64,000 bases of DNA from a virus. Shown here one piece after another: positions 46,271 to 56,701 of this stretch. A program made the position numbers and the translations under genes. The stretch is from IMG/VR virus record IMGVR_UViG_3300034066_002191. One strand, given 5' to 3'. Below the pieces are notes generated by a model. It searched no databases. It was not told the origin of the DNA and saw only the letters and a program-made list of their open reading frames with translations. Within the stretch, counting starts at the first letter, position 1. Every line of letters begins with the position of its first letter.

Positions 46271-47986
46271 TCACAATGTTTGCAGAATAGAAAAATTTCC
46301 TCTCTTTTCAAATTCTATAATACTGTCAAATTTATCTTGAACCCCATCTTTATGGGAGATCACAAATATATTAAAATCCTTCACTACATATCTAATAATT
46401 TTTAGAAAGTCATCAATACCAGATGAATCCAAAGAAGAATCGAATATTTCATCCAAAATTAGTAAATTAACATTTGTTGAATTTTTTATTTTAGCCAATT
46501 CTCTCCAAGAAAAAAGAAGAGCTAAATTGATTCTTTGTTTTTGTCCCTCCGAGAAACTACCATAACTAAAATCTTCATACACTGGAGTTTTTATATGTTC
46601 ATTGAATTCTTCATCTAAATTGAAGTTAATATAAAAATCCATCATTTGGAGATACTTATTCACATTTTGATTAATTAATGGAAGATATTTTTTAATTATT
46701 TTTGACTTAACTCCATTATCTTTTAGTAAAGAATGGATACATTCATAGTATTGAATTTTTTCTTTTTTATCTACAAATTGATTTTTTATATCCAGAAGGC
46801 TCACTTCGAGAATTTTTAGTTTATCGTGTTCTATATTTTTATTTTTTATCTTTTCTTGAATTTTTTGTATCTCCAATTCAAGTTCTTTGATTTGATTTTT
46901 GGATTGCTGAACTTTAAGATTATTATTCGATATTTTATGATTAGTATCTAGTAATTCCTTTGATATATTTGCGAATTGAGTTTCTCGCTCCTCCTCTTCT
47001 CTGATCGTATCTTTCAATTTTTCATACGCATCTTCCAATTCTTTTATAGAGGACTCATACTCAGAACATTTTTTAAGTTTCAACTCGGAATCTATGTGTT
47101 GTGTGCATGTAGGACAGATTGAATTATCAAGAAAGAAATCACGATCATCAACAACTGTGGATAACTTTTGAGATAACTTCCCCTTCAAAGTTCCCAACTT
47201 TTTCAGCTTATTTGGACTTTCATTAAGAGAAGTCAAACTAGAATTTAATTCTTCCGTCTTCTTCAATAAAATTCTATTCTCTTCATCCGCATCTCTAAAA
47301 AATATATTTAATTTTTGTATTTTTTGTCTTCTCTGTTCAATTTGGAGATTACTTTCTTTTTCTATTTCTTCTATGAAATTAGATTGCATCTTCACTTTGT
47401 CAGACAAAGAGTCCTTCTTTATCTCCAATAATTTAACTTCGTCTTTTATAGTTTTTATTTTATCCTTTACGACAATATTCATTGAAGAAAATATTTTAAT
47501 GTCCAATAAGTCCTCAATGACCTCTCGTCTACTCGCTGCAGTAAGTTGCATAAACGGAACAAAGTTACTGTTTCCCAATATAACAATTTGAGTAAAAGAC
47601 TTATAATTCATCTTTAAGACTGTCTGCTCAAACCATTTTTGCTGATCAATAGCAGAAGAACTCTGGTCTAATAAACTGTCATTTTTATAGATTTCAAATA
47701 TAGTAGGTTTTTGTCCCCTTCTTACTTTCCAATCAATATTACCAATTGAGAATTCTATTTCTACCAAGCAATCTTTTTCATTTACTGAATTAATTAATTG
47801 CGGCTTATTAATAGGACGATATGACTTATTAAACAAAGCATATGTAATTGCGTCCATGAAGGAACTTTTTCCACTTCCATTTTTTCCAATAATACAAGTA
47901 TTGTGATGTGTATCTAAACTTATTTCAGTGAATTTATTTCCAAAAGAAAGAAAGTTCTTAAATCTTACTTTTTTAAAAGTTATCAT
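46271..47986 (-). CDS. gp46: recombination endonuclease subunit gp46 (SbcC/Rad50-like)
   Basis: GKNGSGKS, CPTC hook, FSEGQ, LDEIFD. Confidence 0.96.
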   Translation of the reverse strand: MITFKKVRFKNFLSFGNKFTEISLDTHHNTCIIGKNGSGKSSFMDAITYALFNKSYRPINKPQLINSVNEKDCLVEIEFSIGNIDWKVRRGQKPTIFEIYKNDSLLDQSSSAIDQQKWFEQTVLKMNYKSFTQIVILGNSNFVPFMQLTAASRREVIEDLLDIKIFSSMNIVVKDKIKTIKDEVKLLEIKKDSLSDKVKMQSNFIEEIEKESNLQIEQRRQKIQKLNIFFRDADEENRILLKKTEELNSSLTSLNESPNKLKKLGTLKGKLSQKLSTVVDDRDFFLDNSICPTCTQHIDSELKLKKCSEYESSIKELEDAYEKLKDTIREEEERETQFANISKELLDTNHKISNNNLKVQQSKNQIKELELEIQKIQEKIKNKNIEHDKLKILEVSLLDIKNQFVDKKEKIQYYECIHSLLKDNGVKSKIIKKYLPLINQNVNKYLQMMDFYINFNLDEEFNEHIKTPVYEDFSYGSFSEGQKQRINLALLFSWRELAKIKNSTNVNLLILDEIFDSSLDSSGIDDFLKIIRYVVKDFNIFVISHKDGVQDKFDSIIEFEKRGNFSILQTL

Positions 47987-48245
47987 AATGTATTTTTGGT
48001 GGAACTACGATATCATTAGGGGTTATAACAGTATATAAATTACCAGTAACTTCACATGTTTTTATGAGTATATCATCATCATATTCAATTACATGAGTTT
48101 CTGGCATACCCTGCTCTTCTAGCATTATTGCATATCTGACGGCATCATCTTCCTCCTGAAAAAAGAAAATTACTTTTTTTCCATCTTGATTTAGTACTGA
48201 ATATGCACCTTCATCTTCTTTTCCATCAAGAGTTATCAAAAACAT
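47973..48245 (-). CDS. conserved cyanophage hypothetical protein
   Basis: EGAYSV, FQEEDDA.RYA, VITPNDIVVPP. Confidence 0.75.
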   Translation of the reverse strand: MFLITLDGKEDEGAYSVLNQDGKKVIFFFQEEDDAVRYAIMLEEQGMPETHVIEYDDDILIKTCEVTGNLYTVITPNDIVVPPKIHYDNF

Positions 48246-49282
48246 TATACTAACTCACATGCCTCCGAATATGTCTCTTTTAAAATATTTTTTAACATAT
48301 TTTTATTCAATGTAGAATCACTTTCTTCTACAAATTTTTGAAGTAGAGAAAAAGTATCTTCATTCTCTAACGAAATGTCCAAATCTTGATCGTCAAAAAA
48401 CGAATAATTTTCTATAATTTTTAATTCTGCAATATTAGCGTTATATAACTTATCAACGAAATCTTCAAATAATTTAACTTTGGTTTTTTTTCTAACTACA
48501 AGTTTTACTATTTTATTTTCTAATTCGGTCACATTTAATAATTGATTTGGTGTATCATCGTAATAAAGATTGTAGTGCATTTTATATGGATTATCAACAT
48601 AAAAATGCTCTAAACTTTCAGTGTCAAATATTACAAATCCTCTAGTTTCATCTATATCATTAAAGTATATTTCATATGGATTTCCCATATAGAATATCGT
48701 TCCATTATCAGATCTATTATGGAAATGACCAGAAAATACTTTTTTAAAATTATTGAATATTTTGGGATCTCTACCATCCTCCATAGTATGTCCTTTATGT
48801 GCTTCAAATCCGTTTAATTCTAAATGTCCCATTACAACATTAGAACTTGTTCTTTTCAATAATTTGTAAGTATCATGTTCATTTTCCTGATTAATCCAAG
48901 GAACAAAAACCAAATCAAGACCACCAATATTTACTTCCGTTGGTTCTGAATATACTTGTATATTTGGGTATTCTTGGAGTAACAGATCTGGTGAATTTAT
49001 TCTATTAGTGGATTTAAAATATACATCGTGATTTCCACTTATCAAATGTACTTTATATTTTGAGAGTGGATCTAATACTACTCGTTTTGTCCATTCTAAA
49101 CCAAAAAAATCTATAGACTTTCTATTGTCAAATGCATCTCCCAAATGAATGACAGTATCAATTTTTAGTTCTTCTAATTTAGGAAAGAAAATGTTTTTAT
49201 AAAAAAGTTCAAAATAATCTTGAAAGAGTTTTGATGACTTTCTTGCGGACCAATGGGTGTCTGTAAGCAATGCAACGAGCAT
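48245..49282 (-). CDS. gp47: recombination endonuclease subunit gp47 (Mre11-like)
   Basis: TDTH, LGDAFD, GNHD, GHLE, SGHFH. Confidence 0.96.
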   Translation of the reverse strand: MLVALLTDTHWSARKSSKLFQDYFELFYKNIFFPKLEELKIDTVIHLGDAFDNRKSIDFFGLEWTKRVVLDPLSKYKVHLISGNHDVYFKSTNRINSPDLLLQEYPNIQVYSEPTEVNIGGLDLVFVPWINQENEHDTYKLLKRTSSNVVMGHLELNGFEAHKGHTMEDGRDPKIFNNFKKVFSGHFHNRSDNGTIFYMGNPYEIYFNDIDETRGFVIFDTESLEHFYVDNPYKMHYNLYYDDTPNQLLNVTELENKIVKLVVRKKTKVKLFEDFVDKLYNANIAELKIIENYSFFDDQDLDISLENEDTFSLLQKFVEESDSTLNKNMLKNILKETYSEACELV

Positions 49283-49286
49283 TATG

Positions 49287-49784
49287 TCAATTCCTTAATT
49301 TACTGTGAACTGCATCTTTAATACTATTATAATCGGAATAGTTTCCTCCGTCAAGTGTGTTGTCATCAACAAACACTTCATCAAACCCAGATCTTTCCAG
49401 TATTTTTCCCTTAATTTCTAATTGCCTTTTTTCTTTGGTTATTCTTCGTATAAAAGCATAGTGAATTACCTGAGTAAAATAAGCAAAAGGATTTGTTGAT
49501 TTTTGGGGATCAAAATTTAAAATATATTGAACGCAATTTTCAATTCCGTCAGAAATCATATCTTCTTTGAACATATAATTGACAAAATTTGGTTTAAATG
49601 ACAAATGCGTCGCTATCTTTAAAAAACATTCTCCTATATAATTTGGAATTACTGGCTGCGGTAAATCTTTATCTTTTGCAATTTTAACCAAATGCCGATA
49701 ATCGATCAGGGCAGCCAAGAACTCTTTATTATTGACATAGTGAACACTACGCTTTCTTTTAGTCATGACGGCTGTTGTAATCAT
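49287..49784 (-). CDS. gp55: late sigma factor gp55
   Basis: HYVNNKEF, DMISDGIENC, NPFAYFTQ. Confidence 0.96.
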   Translation of the reverse strand: MITTAVMTKRKRSVHYVNNKEFLAALIDYRHLVKIAKDKDLPQPVIPNYIGECFLKIATHLSFKPNFVNYMFKEDMISDGIENCVQYILNFDPQKSTNPFAYFTQVIHYAFIRRITKEKRQLEIKGKILERSGFDEVFVDDNTLDGGNYSDYNSIKDAVHSKLRN

Positions 49785-49844
49785 AATACCTTACAAATAA
49801 TATATATTGATATTATAACACAAAGAAATTGATTTGACAAGGGG

Positions 49845-49873
49845 TTGACACGCCTATCGAAAGTGAGTATAAT
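49845..49873 (+). promoter_or_regulatory. consensus sigma70 promoter pointing antisense, with no downstream gene
   Basis: TTGACA-N17-TATAAT on the + strand. Confidence 0.75.
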
Positions 49874-49996
49874 CAGCTTTGTCAGCGATGAAACTCATTT
49901 TATTACTTAATAATACTAGATACATTAATAAACAATAAAGATAAACATATAGGTAATTTCCGAAGGAAATGTTCCCGAAGGGAACTAATAAAGTAC

Positions 49997-50398
49997 TTAA
50001 TGATCCTTAAATAACTTTTCTAATGATTTTTTTGCTTCTTCTATATTTGAAATATATCCCATTTCTTTAGTAAGTTCAAAATGGTTCATTCCAAAATTTG
50101 AATTGTTCTTTTCTTTTTGTTTGACAAATTTATCATATACTGATATGATTTCTAAATCACTTGTTTCCGTCATCGTCATGATATTTTTCATATCAATGAT
50201 AAAAATATCATCTTTTGTTGTTTTCATCCATGGCTCTACTTTATAAGCAAATCCATATCTAGTTTTTACTTCAGTGATAACTATTGGATCGCAAACCAAT
50301 AATACCAAATTTCCATGTTCCTCAGAAGAAATAACCTTTGCAAATATCTCTTCTCCACTTATCAATTTTAAACTTGCATAAAAATCTTCTTCCATCAT
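49997..50398 (-). CDS. conserved hypothetical (Sm-like)
   Basis: LKLISGEEIFAKV, EPWMK. Confidence 0.75.
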   Translation of the reverse strand: MMEEDFYASLKLISGEEIFAKVISSEEHGNLVLLVCDPIVITEVKTRYGFAYKVEPWMKTTKDDIFIIDMKNIMTMTETSDLEIISVYDKFVKQKEKNNSNFGMNHFELTKEMGYISNIEEAKKSLEKLFKDH

Positions 50399-51870
50399 TT
50401 GTTTAAATTTACTGGTATAATTTCGTAATTGAATTCCTCTTCATTATACAATTTTATTCTTTCTATAAAGTGATTTAAGGTGTAATTTTTTTTATTTTTA
50501 TAAGTACAGTCATCAGAAATATCGTACAATATTGCTTTATCTTTGTTTTTTCCCTTTCTCAGTACTCTTCCTATGCTTTGTAAATTTCTGATTTTCGATT
50601 TACTTGGAGAAGCAAATATAACATTATGTAAATTTCTGATAGATATTCCAGTACTAAAAACCCCATAACTTGCAACTATAATTGCATTTGACTCTCTTTC
50701 AGTTATTTCTCGTACTTCTTCCCTTTGGTTAACATCTACTCCTCCGTGAACAAAAAATATTTTTCTGTTCTTTTCGCTGTTACTATTTATTAATTCGTAT
50801 AATGGCTTACCATGTGTATCTACTCTAGAAAATAACACTAAGGTATTTCCTTTTAAATCTAAAGCAAGGTTTTTTATGAAGTTATTTCTTTTTTCGTTTG
50901 ATATTAAAAATTGAATTTCATCTTCGTATTTATCGAACTGTTGTGATGTATGTTTCAATATCAAACAATGAATATCTAATTGGGATGCTCTTCCCTTTTC
51001 GATCATTTCTTTTGTGTTGATTGTTTTGTATGTTGGACCAAAAAGACCTGATATTACCCATTCGTGTGTCTGTGAGTCTTTTCCTCCATTTGAAAGAGTA
51101 CCAGTAAAACCAAATCTATACTTTGCATGATGGCATTTTTTCATGATATCAATTAAAGATTTTGATTTTGCTTGATGGCTTTCATCAACTATCACGCAAT
51201 CAAATTCTTCAAAAAACGATTTCTCCATTTTAAAAATAGATTGCCAAGTCGAAAGAGTGACTGGAAGATCTGTATTTTTTTCTCTTCCTGAATATATCAT
51301 GTGGCAATTATTCTCTGGACTCCACCCATACTCAGAAAAATCTTTATGCATTTGATGAATCAAAGAAGTAGTAGGAAAAATAATCAGGGTTTTCAGTTTC
51401 TTATTTGTGTAATATCTTGCTAGTGCATAAATGATTAAAGATTTTCCAGAAGCAGTTGGAGAAATGATAGTTTTCCTATTGTATCTAAGGCACTCATAAA
51501 CTGCATTTATTTGATAGTCATATGGCTCATATGAACATATTGCATTCATATAGCCTTTTACCCCCTCCAGTGAAATCTCTTCGTTTATCTCAAAAGGAAG
51601 TCCATAATATTTGTTTTCTTTAAATTCGTATGTATAATTATGTGACTTTATTTTTGCTATTACTTTATCTAGAAGTCCAGCATATATTTCTCCAGTAGAA
51701 ACCGACAATAGATGAATCGTCCCATCCCACCCAGTTTTTCTAAACTGAGGCATAAATTTTGCGCTATCTACTTCAAATGTAAAATGTGGTTGAAGTTCAT
51801 ATAAAATATGGGGTTCGCATTGTAATTTAATAAAAACTTCATTTTTCTTTATAATTGTTATGTCAGCCAT
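50395..51870 (-). CDS. uvsW: SF2 DNA helicase UvsW
   Basis: SPTASGKS, DESH, GFTGT, QSIGRVLR. Confidence 0.95.
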   Translation of the reverse strand: MADITIIKKNEVFIKLQCEPHILYELQPHFTFEVDSAKFMPQFRKTGWDGTIHLLSVSTGEIYAGLLDKVIAKIKSHNYTYEFKENKYYGLPFEINEEISLEGVKGYMNAICSYEPYDYQINAVYECLRYNRKTIISPTASGKSLIIYALARYYTNKKLKTLIIFPTTSLIHQMHKDFSEYGWSPENNCHMIYSGREKNTDLPVTLSTWQSIFKMEKSFFEEFDCVIVDESHQAKSKSLIDIMKKCHHAKYRFGFTGTLSNGGKDSQTHEWVISGLFGPTYKTINTKEMIEKGRASQLDIHCLILKHTSQQFDKYEDEIQFLISNEKRNNFIKNLALDLKGNTLVLFSRVDTHGKPLYELINSNSEKNRKIFFVHGGVDVNQREEVREITERESNAIIVASYGVFSTGISIRNLHNVIFASPSKSKIRNLQSIGRVLRKGKNKDKAILYDISDDCTYKNKKNYTLNHFIERIKLYNEEEFNYEIIPVNLNK

Positions 51871-52291
51871 ATCCAGAAATATATTTTTGGTACTCGATAC
51901 TATTTTTTACTTGATAAGTTCTACTATGTATCATTTTGAGGATATCGCTCAAATAATTTAACATAGCATCGTAATATTCAATTTTTAATGATGCATTTGA
52001 TATGTCTTCATCTGCATTCATGCAATTCTGCAAGTGCTCTTTATCTCTTATTTTTTTCTGATATATTTCTTTGTATTCCTCTGGATCTGCTTTTCCAGTA
52101 TAATATTCGTATTTTTTGAGTCTTATTTTGTTCTTATCTTCTAATGCTTTTTTCTTTAATAATAAAATATTATTAAATATCTCATAATATTTTGAATGTA
52201 ATTGTGGAATTTTTAAGGATTCTAGATGCAAATTGTCAGGATCTATGTAAGAATCCTCTTTCCACATTGATTGCACTTCATTGATATTCAT
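51863..52291 (-). CDS. uvsY: recombination mediator UvsY
   Basis: ESLKIPQLHSKY, YYTGKA, RTYQVKN; synteny. Confidence 0.9.
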   Translation of the reverse strand: MNINEVQSMWKEDSYIDPDNLHLESLKIPQLHSKYYEIFNNILLLKKKALEDKNKIRLKKYEYYTGKADPEEYKEIYQKKIRDKEHLQNCMNADEDISNASLKIEYYDAMLNYLSDILKMIHSRTYQVKNSIEYQKYISGYG

Positions 52292-52850
52292 ATAGTAAAT
52301 TTCCCTTATTGTCAGTTATTTCATAGTAAGTATATTTAAACTTTACTTCGGCAGTAAAGTATTCGGCATCATTATCAGTAGCATCAAATAATAGTGTAGT
52401 TAAATCATATGGAAACAAATCGTAAAACTTTACTTGAAAATTTGGTCTTTGACTACTAGTTAAAACTTGTAGAGTCCCATCTGAATATAAATTTAATGTT
52501 GAGTTTATTTTTGTATCTATTTTTTGATTTTGTCTCTGTAATGTATATATCTGGTCCAATGATTCTGGATAACCAAGACCTCTAATCCAATTTTGAATTT
52601 CCATGTAATTTTCTAATCCTTCATCTACTAAAAAGCGTAGATTGAAATCTTCAAATTTTATCTTATCTCCTGGTTGAGCAATATCTTTTAGATATGTAGG
52701 TTGATTTGCTATTCCCAAACTCAAAGAAGGTATATTAGCAGTATTTGAAAAAAATGCTACTTTTGGCGATCTCGTGATAGTAAATCTAAATTGTGTTGGA
52801 GATAGAAAATTTCTATTTTGTATTTGATTACTAAATGCGTTTCCGGCCAT
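52278..52850 (-). CDS. gp3: tail completion/tube terminator gp3
   Basis: NRNFLSP, PGDKI.FED..FLVDE..ENY; TATAAATA at 52867-52860. Confidence 0.88.
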   Translation of the reverse strand: MAGNAFSNQIQNRNFLSPTQFRFTITRSPKVAFFSNTANIPSLSLGIANQPTYLKDIAQPGDKIKFEDFNLRFLVDEGLENYMEIQNWIRGLGYPESLDQIYTLQRQNQKIDTKINSTLNLYSDGTLQVLTSSQRPNFQVKFYDLFPYDLTTLLFDATDNDAEYFTAEVKFKYTYYEITDNKGNLLYEYQ

Positions 52851-52875
52851 TTTTTCTACTATTTATACTTGGTAA

Positions 52876-52902
52876 TAAAAAAGGGACCCGAAGGTCCCTT
52901 TT
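52876..52902 (-). terminator. intrinsic terminator after gp23
   Basis: GGGACC-TTCG-GGTCCC + U-tract. Confidence 0.9.
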
Positions 52903-52921
52903 GGAATTTATACAAGAAGAA

Positions 52922-54346
52922 TCACATTAGGTTCTTAACTTGTACTCTACGATAGTAGCGGTTTGAATTGATTTGTAGACGACCCAAACCTTGTGCAGTT
53001 GCATCACCTTCAGCAAATGGATTCGCTACCATTCCGTAGCGAGTCTTGAATCCAATTTTTGGCTGGAAGGTGTTCTCGCCAACAGCACGAACCATTTGGA
53101 GAGGAACATAAGGGCAGTAGAATAGACCAGCATCATAGGGGGAAGTACCCTTATAGCCGACAACATAATACTGACCACCATCAGCGCCAGGATTGGTACC
53201 ACCAGAATAAGGATCGATATAAACACGATACTTACCCATTAGAACACCAGCAAAAGTATTACCAGTGTCATCTACATTTAGGTTAGCATTTAGTGCAGGG
53301 GTGTAGTCGAGTACGCCTGCCATGGTTAGAGCAGAAGCAACATCAGAGGAGCACATGATCACATTACCCTTTCCTCTACGAGTTCTGATTGCAATTGCGT
53401 TTGCATCACGCTCGATTTGGAAAAGTAGACCCTTGAACTTCTCAACAGACCAACGACCATTGGAGTCGATATCTAGGTCAAATACACCTGCGGTAGCAAC
53501 ATTAGTTGCAGCGCCTTGCTCAGCTACCTTGTAGATAGTTCTGATTACTTCGCGGTTGATCTCAGCAAGAATCTCGGTGGAGAGAATATTTGCGAGTTCT
53601 GCTTCTGCGTTTAGACCATGGATAGCCTTTAGATCTTGTGCAAGCTCTAAGCTATACTCGGCCTTTAGTGCTCTAGACTTTGCTTCAACTAGGATTTTCT
53701 CGATAGAGAAAGCCATTTCGTTGAACTGGCCACCATTAGAAGCGCCGAGAGCCTCAGCATCACCAGTCTTCATTGCCTGGCCAACATTATAGCCAAGTGA
53801 AGATGCGGTACCAACTGGGTTTAGAATTCCAGGATTGCTTCCAGTTTGTCTTCCACCTGTAGTACCTAGACCAGCAATAGCATCAGTTGCATTGGTTGCA
53901 CTGTTGTTTGCATTGGTACCAGAGAATGCAGTATTTACTTCATTATAGAAGGCTTCGGTTCCGCTCTGGTCGTTGTAGCGTGAACGCATTGCGAAAATGA
54001 GTCCAGTAGGACCAGTCATTGGTTGTACGCCAGCTAGGTCATATGCGACCAAGTTAGGCATGGAACGACGAATTAGGCTGATTAGTACAGGATCAAAACC
54101 AGCTACAGGGCCACCAGCGGTAGCATTACCACCAAAAGCGCCACCAGCGCCAGCAGCATTACCTGAATTAGTTGGTGATTCCATTAGGACACCATGAGAG
54201 AAGGCTTGTTCTTCTCTTAGGAATTTTTCTTGGTTTTCGAGCAAGACAGCGGTTACTGCTTTACGATGAGAATCTCTGATTGGATCAAGACCATCATAGT
54301 TGAGAAGCGGTGCCCACTTTTCTTGCAGATGCTCGGATTGGAACAT
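52922..54346 (-). CDS. gp23: major capsid protein gp23
   Basis: EKWAPLL, GVQPMTGPTGLIFAMR, ELAQDLKAIHGL, FQPKIGFKTRYG. Confidence 0.99.
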   Translation of the reverse strand: MFQSEHLQEKWAPLLNYDGLDPIRDSHRKAVTAVLLENQEKFLREEQAFSHGVLMESPTNSGNAAGAGGAFGGNATAGGPVAGFDPVLISLIRRSMPNLVAYDLAGVQPMTGPTGLIFAMRSRYNDQSGTEAFYNEVNTAFSGTNANNSATNATDAIAGLGTTGGRQTGSNPGILNPVGTASSLGYNVGQAMKTGDAEALGASNGGQFNEMAFSIEKILVEAKSRALKAEYSLELAQDLKAIHGLNAEAELANILSTEILAEINREVIRTIYKVAEQGAATNVATAGVFDLDIDSNGRWSVEKFKGLLFQIERDANAIAIRTRRGKGNVIMCSSDVASALTMAGVLDYTPALNANLNVDDTGNTFAGVLMGKYRVYIDPYSGGTNPGADGGQYYVVGYKGTSPYDAGLFYCPYVPLQMVRAVGENTFQPKIGFKTRYGMVANPFAEGDATAQGLGRLQINSNRYYRRVQVKNLM

Positions 54347-54399
54347 TTGCTTTTACCTCTTAAAAAATGTGTTTGTTTTTGTTTGATTTAATGTTAAAA

Positions 54400-55569
54400 T
54401 CAGTTGTTAGCCAACATAGAAAGGGCTTTCATGTATGTGCCCATCGATGGGGAATAATCCTCAGCAGATGAGACTACACCTTCTGAAAGGGTTTCAGGTT
54501 GAGCAGTTGGAGATGTAGTTCTAGTTGGGAAATATGATTCCCTTAAAGTCCCCAATTTTTCACGATATTCTTCTTCACTTTCAAACTCAACACTTTCGGC
54601 AAGTGAAGCGAGCTTTTCTTTCTGAGTGATGGCTAAACCATCAGATACTACATCAAAAATTCTATCAGCAACCGACTCTGAGAGTCTTCTGTTGAGTTGA
54701 ATATTTCTCTCAATTTGCTCGTTGAGTTTTGTCTCCATTTCATCAAGTTTTTCTACCATATTCTCAAGTACATCATATTTTTCTTCAGGGAGTTGTACAT
54801 AATGTTCTTCAAAAAGATTCTTGAGGTTGCTCAAGAATGATTCACTTAGTTGCTCTTTAATGCCATATTCAATAGCAAGAGTATTTTCTTGCATCCACTC
54901 ATCAGCAACATACTCTAGATAAGAATCTACACGCTCTTGTAGTTCTTCTTTCATAGAGCTTACCTCTTCGTATAAGCTTTCTTCATATGCTTGTTGGTAC
55001 TGTTCATCAAGCACCTCACGAATTTCATTTACTTTACTGCGAAGAGCAGCCTCAAAAATTATTTTTGCTTTATCTTTGAATTCTTCTGAAAGATCTTCTC
55101 CTTGGACGAGAGCTTGAACATCTGCTTCGATGTCAAATTCTTCTTCTAATTCTTCCTCCTCATCATCTTCATCATCTTCTAGATCTTCGTCGTCTTCTAG
55201 ATCTTCGTCGTCTTCCTCTACTTCTTGTTCTTCGTTGAGTTCGTCCTCATCAATTTCTTCTTCGTCTTCAGCTTCCTCTTTTACTGCCATTGTTTTCATG
55301 GCTTCGGCAGCTTTTGCCTTTGAATTTACTACATCACTCACACTCTTAAGTGTTGCAGCAGGATCTTTAATTTTTGCTGAGTCGTCGTCAGACTTGTAAT
55401 TTTCTGGTGTAGGTCCACCAAGATCTTCCCAACCAGTGGCACTCTGGCCATCAGGAATACCAGTTGTTAGATGTGGCATTGGCTCTGCTGGTTTTGCACT
55501 TGCATTTACAGCAGATTTGGATTGCTTTGTGCCTACTTCCATTTCTTGTAAGTTTTTTCCACGAGACAT
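54400..55569 (-). CDS. gp22: prohead scaffold gp22
   Basis: EDLGGPTPENY, LSEEFK.KA..IFEAA, YLEYVADEW. Confidence 0.93.
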   Translation of the reverse strand: MSRGKNLQEMEVGTKQSKSAVNASAKPAEPMPHLTTGIPDGQSATGWEDLGGPTPENYKSDDDSAKIKDPAATLKSVSDVVNSKAKAAEAMKTMAVKEEAEDEEEIDEDELNEEQEVEEDDEDLEDDEDLEDDEDDEEEELEEEFDIEADVQALVQGEDLSEEFKDKAKIIFEAALRSKVNEIREVLDEQYQQAYEESLYEEVSSMKEELQERVDSYLEYVADEWMQENTLAIEYGIKEQLSESFLSNLKNLFEEHYVQLPEEKYDVLENMVEKLDEMETKLNEQIERNIQLNRRLSESVADRIFDVVSDGLAITQKEKLASLAESVEFESEEEYREKLGTLRESYFPTRTTSPTAQPETLSEGVVSSAEDYSPSMGTYMKALSMLANN

Positions 55570-55625
55570 TTGAACTCTCCGATTTAGCTATGTATTAAAT
55601 CTATATTTATTTATAATTTATGAAA

Positions 55626-56270
55626 TTACAAAGAATTTAAAAATTCATCAAATAATTGAATTTTTCTTTCATCTAGTTGTTTTGTGTCAACTAGATGATT
55701 TATTTTTTTCTTAGCATTTTCTAGTAACCAAGAATTTCTTGATACATCATATATCCATTCAACTCCTTCCATGATCCCATTTACAAATGCATCAGGAGCG
55801 GAAGGATCTGCAACTATGTCAGCAGCAGTAGCCAACATAAAATCATCAGAGACATAACGAACACCATTTCTTTCTACTAGTGAACCAATTCCACGAGAAG
55901 AAACTCCTAGTTTTACTCCTTCAGAAATCAAAGAAGAAGCTATCTTACCCATTGGTGTATCTAGAATTTTTGCTTTGCCGACAAAGTTATTTCCATCTTC
56001 TCTCAAAGATGTGATCATATGAGAAACTCTATCTAGATTTACTGTTGGTCCATCTGGGTGGCCCAACTCACCTAAAGCTCTTCCTTTTGAAATGTAATTA
56101 TCAGTATATCTAGTTACTTCTCTGGCAAGAGTTTCCATCGGGTAACATCTACCATTACGATTTTTTATATCAGCCTGAAGGAAAATTCCCTCTATATAAA
56201 GAGATTTTTTTCCATTTTTTTCTTCGGTGATAAATTTTACCTTAGAAATTTCTTCTGTGATTAGTTTCAT
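55626..56270 (-). CDS. gp21: prohead protease gp21
   Basis: MKLITE, NRNGR.Y, GELGHP, GVSSRG.GS, DIVADPSAPDA. Confidence 0.97.
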   Translation of the reverse strand: MKLITEEISKVKFITEEKNGKKSLYIEGIFLQADIKNRNGRCYPMETLAREVTRYTDNYISKGRALGELGHPDGPTVNLDRVSHMITSLREDGNNFVGKAKILDTPMGKIASSLISEGVKLGVSSRGIGSLVERNGVRYVSDDFMLATAADIVADPSAPDAFVNGIMEGVEWIYDVSRNSWLLENAKKKINHLVDTKQLDERKIQLFDEFLNSL

Positions 56271-56274
56271 TTTA

Positions 56275-56541
56275 CTAGTTGGTAAATCCTACTTTCGCTG
56301 CTTTAATTGCTGAAGAAGTCCAAATTACATCAGTTGGAAGTTTTTCTAAAAACTCAACTGAATTTCCTGGCATTGAGAAATAATTAGTTGTTGCTGCCCC
56401 AACAATAGTTGAGACTCCAACTGTAACTATTCCAGAAGTATTATTGTGAAGACGAACGCAAGTAGCCTTTGTAATACTACTTGCACCACCAGCGGTTATT
56501 ACCGTGGAAATTTCAGTCTCAATTATTTTGGTTCTTTGCAT
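56275..56541 (-). CDS. conserved small virion protein
   Basis: ATCVRLHN..LEK..D..KVGFTN. Confidence 0.75.
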   Translation of the reverse strand: MQRTKIIETEISTVITAGGASSITKATCVRLHNNTSGIVTVGVSTIVGAATTNYFSMPGNSVEFLEKLPTDVIWTSSAIKAAKVGFTN

Positions 56542-56576
56542 TTTTATGATAAAGTTCTTATTAGTTATTTATCAAT

Positions 56577-56701
56577 TTATCTTTGTTCAATCCACAGTTC
56601 AGAATTGCGAGTGCTTTTTTGTTAGTATTAAGACTTGTACAAACAAGAGTATAAGTATCACTGATTGTTCCAATACCACTTATATTTGTTTGAATTACCA
56701 T
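56577..56701 (-). pseudogene. frameshifted C-terminal remnant of a paralog of 56704..58632
   Basis: SGIGTISDTYTLVCTS..ALAILN, then (2-nt shift) WIEQR*; parallels ELTLVCAS..ASLDWEEISR. Confidence 0.5.

Noticed and set aside
55130-55399. Ser-rich + strand ORF and short tandem repeat
   Set aside because: Mirror of the Glu/Asp tract (EDLEDD repeats) of gp22; not CRISPR-like.
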